From IMG/VR virus record IMGVR_UViG_3300045994_000055, positions 70,352-134,351 of that record: 64,000 nt of DNA, one strand, 5' to 3'. The DNA comes from a virus. Made by a program: the position numbers and the translations under genes. The notes beneath the pieces were generated by a model. That model was not told where the DNA came from. It was given only the letters and a program-made list of their open reading frames with translations, and made no database searches. Below, piece by piece: positions 57,763 to 64,000 of the stretch (positions within the stretch are counted from its first letter, which is position 1; every line of letters starts with the position of its first letter).

Positions 57763-58057
57763 AATAATATTCGAAGCTAAAATAGATTTGACCCAATTGA
57801 TAAATGCAAAATTCGGAACGTCATTGCAGAGCTTGACTGATTACTTTCGCGATAGTGTTACATACTATATTGCCAACAATAACGATCAAGTTAAAGCAAG
57901 ACTAATATACTTACTCCGTAAGATTCAACGAGAAATTACGATTATTGTCAGTGACTCTATGTGGCAGGATAATATCGACGATCGAGACGTTGAAGAGACA
58001 TTTGATGATTTTGTATTGTTAAATAACGAAATTGAAGACTACCTCGAAACATTATGA
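57749..58057 (+). CDS. Putative internal head protein
   Basis: N-terminus MRINEIIFEA resembles a capsid-targeting sequence. Confidence 0.55.
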   Translation: MRINEIIFEAKIDLTQLINAKFGTSLQSLTDYFRDSVTYYIANNNDQVKARLIYLLRKIQREITIIVSDSMWQDNIDDRDVEETFDDFVLLNNEIEDYLETL

Positions 58058-58593
58058 CTAAAAAACTCGGTGAATTACTCAACCTGCCAGACCTTCCAGG
58101 CGGCCATTTCAAAGATCCAGACGAACAACCAGTGTCCCAAGACACGATGGATACAATAGAAGCTAATCAAGACATGATTGCCAATGTAAACGAGGCTATT
58201 GATAAAATTGATTTGGCGTTACCATTTGTATCAGACTTAGATCAATCAGACGTTGACTTAGACGAGCTGTCTACCTTGGCTAAGGACAAGGCAACAGACT
58301 TACTAGACTTAGGTATGAACATTGATCCACGCTTTGCTGGGCCCATCTTCCAAACAGCATCCGTACTATTAGGACACGCAGTTACAGCTAAAACAGCCAA
58401 AATGGACAAGAAATTGCGAATGATTAGTTTGCAGTTGCAAAAAGCTAGATTAGATCACCAAATCCTTAAAGACGCTAAAGCAGTTAAAGAGGGTGCAGAA
58501 GTTGAAGATCCTATTGATGGCAAGGGCATGGTGCTTGATCGTAATGCATTACTTGCAGAAATTCTCAAGCGTAACAAGCCCAAGGCGGAATAA
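58054..58593 (+). CDS. Probable terminase small subunit
   Basis: Helical; DLGMNIDPRFAG...AKMDKKL...DRNALL; upstream of large terminase. Confidence 0.6.
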   Translation: MTKKLGELLNLPDLPGGHFKDPDEQPVSQDTMDTIEANQDMIANVNEAIDKIDLALPFVSDLDQSDVDLDELSTLAKDKATDLLDLGMNIDPRFAGPIFQTASVLLGHAVTAKTAKMDKKLRMISLQLQKARLDHQILKDAKAVKEGAEVEDPIDGKGMVLDRNALLAEILKRNKPKAE

Positions 58594-58629
58594 AGTCATT
58601 TATTACTAAATATGTAATAGGAACCCAAC

Positions 58630-59214
58630 ATGCAAAATCTCCAAGAATATATATTTCAGCTTAACACGACTTACGAGTACCGTGTTAAGATTGCGGGTGT
58701 AAACCCAAAAGGCGCAGTAATGGAGCGTATCAAGAATGCTCTTGATGTATACGAAGTAGACACTATCTCTACCGCTCGTTCCATCCCAATCCAAGAACAC
58801 CGTGACTTCCCTAAGATGGGCCCATGCGAAGCTTGGGTGTTTGAGGTAACAGTTAAGTATCCAACGACAACAGCATTGCTTCGCCAAATGATCCGTGAAC
58901 GTGCCGGCGTTAACCCTGAGTGCGTATGCGTATACACTAAGGCGGAAGACGACCGCAACGAGATGGACGAAGCCCGTGGTAAAGACGTTAAGGGTTCCCG
59001 TTTACTTGACCCTAACTTGGCTGCTGATGAAGGCGGACAAGAACGTGTTGGGCAAGCCCGTACTGACAGCATGTTAAAAGAATTGACTAAGGGCAAAGCC
59101 CCTGGTATTGAAACTCGTCCTGCCGCACAAAAAGCCGCAGCACCAGCAGACACAAAGAGCCCACTTGGGTCTACACAAAACAAACTCCCTAGCCCATTTA
59201 AAGGTAAGAAATAA
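58630..59214 (+). CDS. Hypothetical head-associated protein
   Basis: Late promoter and RBS; YEYRVKIAG...PIQEH..DFP. Confidence 0.7.
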   Translation: MQNLQEYIFQLNTTYEYRVKIAGVNPKGAVMERIKNALDVYEVDTISTARSIPIQEHRDFPKMGPCEAWVFEVTVKYPTTTALLRQMIRERAGVNPECVCVYTKAEDDRNEMDEARGKDVKGSRLLDPNLAADEGGQERVGQARTDSMLKELTKGKAPGIETRPAAQKAAAPADTKSPLGSTQNKLPSPFKGKK

Positions 59215-61796
59215 TGTCTAACAATATATACAACATTTTAGCAGCATTCAACAACGCTACTAAGCCAGCAGAAGTAGCTACACCTAAGCAGCAAGCACAG
59301 AAGATCTACGAAAGCGTTGAAGCTAAGGGTAGCATTATGGGCGGCGTCAAGGGCGTTGAGAAGAAACTAAGCGAAGCATTTGCTGCACACAAAGTTGCAG
59401 AATCGTCTCCTGCGCAAGACGTAGCTCGTGCTCGTGCAAAACGCGAAGCAGCAGAAGCAACTAAGAAACTTGCAGCAGATAAGAAGAAAAAGCAAGAAGC
59501 TAAGGCTAAGAAGGATAAAGTTGACGAAGGCAAGATGTCTGAGATGGATGCTGATTTAAAAGACAGTAGTTTCTCTGACGCAGACTTCAAGAAGAAGTAC
59601 GGCAAGGGCAAAGCTGAAATGCGTAAGAGCATGTCCGATAAGAAAGACGATAAGAAAACTAACGAAGCAGCTGGCGACGATATCCAATGGTACGACCGCC
59701 CAGATGATGGCGATTCCACACAAGACACAGACACTGGTCGCATTCACCGTGCTGGCCGTGGTGGCTATGGTAACAAGGTAGACGACGAAGCGCCAATGGC
59801 ATTGCCAGCAGGCCAAGTTGCTCGTGGCCGTGGTCGTCCAAAGAATTTAGCTGGTGAGTTAAAGCGCCAAGCAGCCGCAGCCCGTGCAGAGAAGAACGGT
59901 GGGGTACCACAAGGTCGCGGCCGCCCACGCAAGACTCCAGTTGCAGCACCAGGCGCAGATAACAGTGCACCACAAGGCACACTAGGCTTACACCGCTTCT
60001 TGTTTGGCCCACAGCCAACAGGTGATAGCTTGCCAGGCAAAAAAGGTTCCGTACACAAGATTAAAGACACTGGCACAGTAAAGAACCCTAACGCAGTAGA
60101 CACTGGTGAATTTGACGAAGGCTTAGGCGATGATTTCGCTAACATGGCTCGCGGTATGAAGAACAAAGACGGTACACCACGTTTCACAACAGTGCGCCAA
60201 GGTCCCGCACCTATCAAGCCACCATCCTCTAAGCCACCAGGCGCAGTGCGCCCATCTGGCCCAGCAGCAAGCAGTCCAGCTGATTGGTACGACCAAAGCA
60301 CAGGCGGCAAGCGCAACATGGGTGACAGCAAGATCAACCGTAAGGCAGCGGTTACTGAAAGTGTACAACCTAAATCTAATTTTAAAGCTTACTTAGCAGA
60401 ATCTGCTGGTGGCCAAGATGCGTTTGAACATATCTTGAATCGCTTCAAACACGAAGTAAAGAACTTCCAAGCTGGCGGCGACATGGACGATGATTTATAT
60501 GAGGCATTGTTTGATTACTATTTGAACGCAGGCGAAATGCCTTACGGCGTAGCTAAAGCACGTACTGGTGACCCGTTTGAATGGGTAGCAGAACGTTTTG
60601 ATCAAGACAATCCTGCAATGGACGAAGCAATTGATCCAGTTAATCCTGTTGATGTACCTGCATACCAGCGCCAGATGCAAGGTAAGAACGGTGAGAGCCG
60701 CTTCCCATTAAAGTTGGACCAAGTGTTGGGCCCACGCCCAGACAGCATCTCTGACCCACGCAACCTAGCTAAAAACAACGGCACTAAAGACTTAGACGAC
60801 TTAGCACGTTTAGCTGGTATCACTACTGAATCTGTTTCTGTAATGGGAAGCAGTGAGATGATGGGCGACGAAAGCCAAGAAGATAAGATGAACATCTCCA
60901 CTAACCAAAGCAGCGATGGCACAAAGAGCATCACAGTAACAGCAGACGGCGAAGCAGCCGTAGCATTACTTGACATGTTGAAGAACGCTGGTATGGGTGG
61001 TAGCGATGCTGCGGCAGAGCAAGAAGTTATCATTGCAGCACAAGGTGACGAGCACATGGGCGATGAAATGTCTATGGATGACGGCTCTGGCGAAATGGAA
61101 ATGGAAGAAGAGTATGCTAACGAACCAGCACCACAGTACCAAAGCGTAGAGAAGATCACTTCCGCTGGTGACGATATGAATCGCCAGAAGAGACAAAACT
61201 TCCCATTACGTGCACCAGGTAACAACCCAATGTCCGAAGCAGAGCAAGTTGACGAGATCTCCCGCAAGACAGTTGGTGCATATAGAAAAGCAGCAACCGC
61301 TGACTTAAATAATGTACAAGCACGCCACGACAAAAACAACAAAGAAGATGGCTGGAACTATCAGGACTCACAAGACGAACACGACGCCTGGGCGCATATG
61401 CACAAGCGTAAGCAAGGCCTAAAGCGAGCTAATGGCGAGCAAACAAACGAAGAGCAAGTTGACGAGTTGAGCAAGAACACATTGGGATCGTATGCTAAGA
61501 AGGCAAATGACCAACGTGCACATGAACCAGACGATATGAAAGCTGATCGCCGCGGTACAGGTGTTATGAAAGCAATTGGTAAGATTGCTGGGGGCCCAAA
61601 CAAAGGCGGTATAATGCGTGGTCATGCTGCGCAAGCACGTTTTACTAACGCAAACAACTTGCCTAATGCTGCAAAGGATGCTGAGACATTTAACCGTTCA
61701 GTGGACCGTAATGTAGCCAAAGAATCCACGGACCCAGTGCAGTCCATGGGTCGTGATTTGATGGCTGAATACCAAGCAATGAAGATCAAGAAGTAA
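59214..61796 (+). CDS. Large putative internal head polyprotein with AT-hook motifs
   Basis: Highly charged, RGRGRPK and GRGRPRK, LARLAGI, repeated VDE/TNE/LAE sites. Confidence 0.65.
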   Translation: MSNNIYNILAAFNNATKPAEVATPKQQAQKIYESVEAKGSIMGGVKGVEKKLSEAFAAHKVAESSPAQDVARARAKREAAEATKKLAADKKKKQEAKAKKDKVDEGKMSEMDADLKDSSFSDADFKKKYGKGKAEMRKSMSDKKDDKKTNEAAGDDIQWYDRPDDGDSTQDTDTGRIHRAGRGGYGNKVDDEAPMALPAGQVARGRGRPKNLAGELKRQAAAARAEKNGGVPQGRGRPRKTPVAAPGADNSAPQGTLGLHRFLFGPQPTGDSLPGKKGSVHKIKDTGTVKNPNAVDTGEFDEGLGDDFANMARGMKNKDGTPRFTTVRQGPAPIKPPSSKPPGAVRPSGPAASSPADWYDQSTGGKRNMGDSKINRKAAVTESVQPKSNFKAYLAESAGGQDAFEHILNRFKHEVKNFQAGGDMDDDLYEALFDYYLNAGEMPYGVAKARTGDPFEWVAERFDQDNPAMDEAIDPVNPVDVPAYQRQMQGKNGESRFPLKLDQVLGPRPDSISDPRNLAKNNGTKDLDDLARLAGITTESVSVMGSSEMMGDESQEDKMNISTNQSSDGTKSITVTADGEAAVALLDMLKNAGMGGSDAAAEQEVIIAAQGDEHMGDEMSMDDGSGEMEMEEEYANEPAPQYQSVEKITSAGDDMNRQKRQNFPLRAPGNNPMSEAEQVDEISRKTVGAYRKAATADLNNVQARHDKNNKEDGWNYQDSQDEHDAWAHMHKRKQGLKRANGEQTNEEQVDELSKNTLGSYAKKANDQRAHEPDDMKADRRGTGVMKAIGKIAGGPNKGGIMRGHAAQARFTNANNLPNAAKDAETFNRSVDRNVAKESTDPVQSMGRDLMAEYQAMKIKK

Positions 61797-61797
61797 T

Positions 61798-62181
61798 ATG
61801 AAAATTAACGAGATTATCGTTACTGAAGGCAAAGAAGGCACTCAACCTCTTGTACCAGCAACAGCGGGTAAAGGGGAGGTGCGCTTCCGTGACGTAGGTG
61901 GATATGATCGTACATATCACTTGCACCGCATTATGATGGCTACTGCAATGGCAGACGGTAAGTCTAAAAAAGCAGTAGACATGGATCAAGCATCTTGGGT
62001 AGAGAAGTACAACGTTGCTCGCCCTTACACAGATGAAGAACACAACATGATGGATGCAGCATTTGCGACAATTGACTCAGAGTATCAAACTACTGCGTCT
62101 GACCGCAAGTCCAGGGAGATGGAAGATACTAACAAACAAAGTATCGTCGCTCCACGCAAGAAAAACAAGTACGGTGTCTAA
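61798..62181 (+). CDS. Putative internal head protein
   Basis: N-terminus MKINEIIVTEG; C-terminal KKNKYGV. Confidence 0.6.
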   Translation: MKINEIIVTEGKEGTQPLVPATAGKGEVRFRDVGGYDRTYHLHRIMMATAMADGKSKKAVDMDQASWVEKYNVARPYTDEEHNMMDAAFATIDSEYQTTASDRKSREMEDTNKQSIVAPRKKNKYGV

Positions 62182-62945
62182 TGCGTTTACGTTCTGCTGA
62201 TTTTGTATCGCCAGGCGAAACGTTAGATCCAGATGCGTTTATGGATGCACGTGATATGGCTGACCTTCGTCGTTTAGCGGGCTTGCCTGCATTGGGTGAG
62301 AATGTCAACTCGCAAATGGGGTTACAAGACACCAATCAGCAAAACCCAATGGCACCCGCGGGAGACAATCCGTGGGGCATCAAGTCACCAGTTGGCACTA
62401 CAGGTGGCAATCTTGACAAGCGCAAAATTGAAAGAGAAAAGAACTTAGTCCCCGGAACTGATGAATGGTTCCGTTTATGGTTCTCGCAGAAGGACAACCT
62501 AACAGCAGACGATTTTGAGAAGAATGAAAAGCTAGGGATGGACGAGATTCACAATACACTAATGTCCAAACCAACTGACCCTACAGATGCAGGTGGCTCA
62601 ACAAATGAAGCAGTTGACCCAGAGATCATTAAAAAGCGCAAGAAGCGCCAAGACGTAAATCATGGCATTTACGTTATAACAAACATTATCACAGGTGAGC
62701 AATACATAGGCATCACCGCAGGTCGCCCAAACTTGAAAAAAGCTCTGTGGGTGCGTATGCAAAAACATGCGCAGCGAGCACGAGTAGAGGAAAAAGATTG
62801 GGGACTATGCAAGTCCATTCGTGAGTACGGCCCGGAAGCTTTCACTTACGGGCTACTCGAAGTCGTACGGGGCAAGAAGCCTGCTCACGCAAGAGAGACG
62901 GAACTGATTAAACAGTATAACCCGTCCCTCAATACATTCCGCTAA
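62181..62945 (+). CDS. Protein with N-terminal head-targeting-like region and C-terminal GIY-YIG nuclease
   Basis: LRRLAGL motif; GIYVITNIITGEQYIGIT...R..KH...RETELI...LN. Confidence 0.8.
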   Translation: MRLRSADFVSPGETLDPDAFMDARDMADLRRLAGLPALGENVNSQMGLQDTNQQNPMAPAGDNPWGIKSPVGTTGGNLDKRKIEREKNLVPGTDEWFRLWFSQKDNLTADDFEKNEKLGMDEIHNTLMSKPTDPTDAGGSTNEAVDPEIIKKRKKRQDVNHGIYVITNIITGEQYIGITAGRPNLKKALWVRMQKHAQRARVEEKDWGLCKSIREYGPEAFTYGLLEVVRGKKPAHARETELIKQYNPSLNTFR

Positions 62946-63481
62946 CCGTTCGCTACCTTAGCAGTTAAGCCCAAGTAGCGGTTCCACGATTCGTGTGAAA
63001 TGTGGAATGGTTGTGCACGTTGCTTCCATTGCTTGACCAAGCTGTAGTAGTCTGGCTTGAAAGGCATACGGATAGGCTTCATAAGCTTGTGACCCTTTTT
63101 AGAGTTACAAACCTTGCAAGCTGCAACGCAGTTTTCCCAAGTAGTCTTACCACCAGCCACACGAGGAATCACGTGGTCGTTAGTCAAGTCAGCTTCGCGG
63201 AACATTTCACCGCAGTATTGGCAAGTGTACAGGTCACGCAAGAACAGGTTGTGCTTGGAGAACTTTACACTCTTCTTGAAGTTGAAGTATTCCTTAGTCA
63301 TTACAACCGCCGGAATTTCGATCTCAAGTTTTTCACTGCGAATGACTCGCCCTGGATATGTTTCCAAAATTTCAACACGATCCAAGAAGAATAACTTGAT
63401 GGCGTGCTGCCAGTCAATTACGCTCAAAGGTAAGATTGAGATTGGGTTAAAGTCCCGGTTTAAGATTAAAGTTTGTTCCAT
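62942..63481 (-). CDS. HNH endonuclease (McrA-like)
   Basis: RDLYTCQYCG, DHVIPR, WENCVAACKVCNSKK; sigma70 promoter TTGACT-17-TACACT upstream; ends in TAG. Confidence 0.9.
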   Translation of the reverse strand: MEQTLILNRDFNPISILPLSVIDWQHAIKLFFLDRVEILETYPGRVIRSEKLEIEIPAVVMTKEYFNFKKSVKFSKHNLFLRDLYTCQYCGEMFREADLTNDHVIPRVAGGKTTWENCVAACKVCNSKKGHKLMKPIRMPFKPDYYSLVKQWKQRAQPFHISHESWNRYLGLTAKVANG

Positions 63482-63567
63482 TTTCGATGTACTCTAAGGT
63501 TTACATGGTATCAGTGTACATTAAAAAGATTATCAAGTCAAATGGCTGAAAACTGTTAAATACAGTT

Positions 63568-64000
63568 ATGAGCCAAATACCTAAAAAACCATTAGATCCA
63601 CAAGCGATTGTAAAGACACCGTATAAGTCGGTGTTGTGGACTGAGCAGCAAATTCAAGAATTTGCGTTATGTTCAGATCCGATTACAGGGCCTGCGTATT
63701 TCATGGATAATTTCTTTTATATCCAACACCCAACAAAGGGTAAGATGCTGTACCATCCTTATGAGTATCAAAAGAAGTTAATCGACACGTATAACAGTTA
63801 TCGATTCTCTATCAGTTTAATGCCACGTCAGACTGGCAAATCCACCAGTGCTGCCGGGTATTTATTATGGTACGCAATGTTTGTGCCAGATAGTACGATT
63901 TTGATAGCCGCACACAAATATACAGGCGCACAGGAAATTATGCAGCGTGTTCGATACGCTTACGAGCTATGCCCAGACCATATTCGCGCTGGTGCTACAT
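63568..64000 (+). CDS. gp17: Terminase large subunit (T4 gp17-like), 3' truncated by window edge
   Basis: Translated by hand: YIQHP...YEYQ...MPRQTGKST Walker A...ILIAAHK. Confidence 0.93.
   Translation, partial: MSQIPKKPLDPQAIVKTPYKSVLWTEQQIQEFALCSDPITGPAYFMDNFFYIQHPTKGKMLYHPYEYQKKLIDTYNSYRFSISLMPRQTGKSTSAAGYLLWYAMFVPDSTILIAAHKYTGAQEIMQRVRYAYELCPDHIRAGAT

Noticed and set aside
62942-63481. HNH gene as intron-encoded in terminase
   Set aside because: It is free-standing on the opposite strand upstream of the gp17 start, with its own promoter and no interrupted host gene.
1-64000. Genome-wide TAG reassignment (code 15)
   Set aside because: All long genes are intact in code 11 and TAG terminates the NUDIX, dNMP kinase and both HNH-type genes. 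In-frame TAGs were seen only at the Pth2-like locus.

Overview
This window is the late (morphogenesis) region of a large T4-like myovirus, read in standard code 11. It holds head genes (portal, prohead core, protease, scaffold, major capsid), neck and tail genes (gp13/14/15, sheath, tube, gp4, tape measure, gp26/gp51-like pair), about 24 kb of modular Thr/Gly-rich fibre genes, terminase subunits, candidate internal head proteins and islands of small sigma70-driven genes. T4-style late promoter cores (TAAATA) precede most structural genes. The best candidate for an undescribed system is at 14942-16925 on the minus strand. A Pth2-like peptidyl-tRNA hydrolase gene sits behind two in-frame amber minigenes (ATG CAA TAG, then 36 codons later ATG AAA TAG) that are separated by an intrinsic terminator. 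A probable amber-suppressor tRNA (anticodon CUA) lies about 1.4 kb upstream on the same strand. Other highlights: a ~470-nt ornate non-coding RNA candidate after a GIY-YIG gene, a probable -1 frameshift joining the gp26- and gp51-like ORFs, a possibly capsid-packaged and protease-released GIY-YIG nuclease, and an insertion flanked by a 17-bp duplication at the small terminase start. All product calls come from motif recognition and gene order only; no database searches were run.
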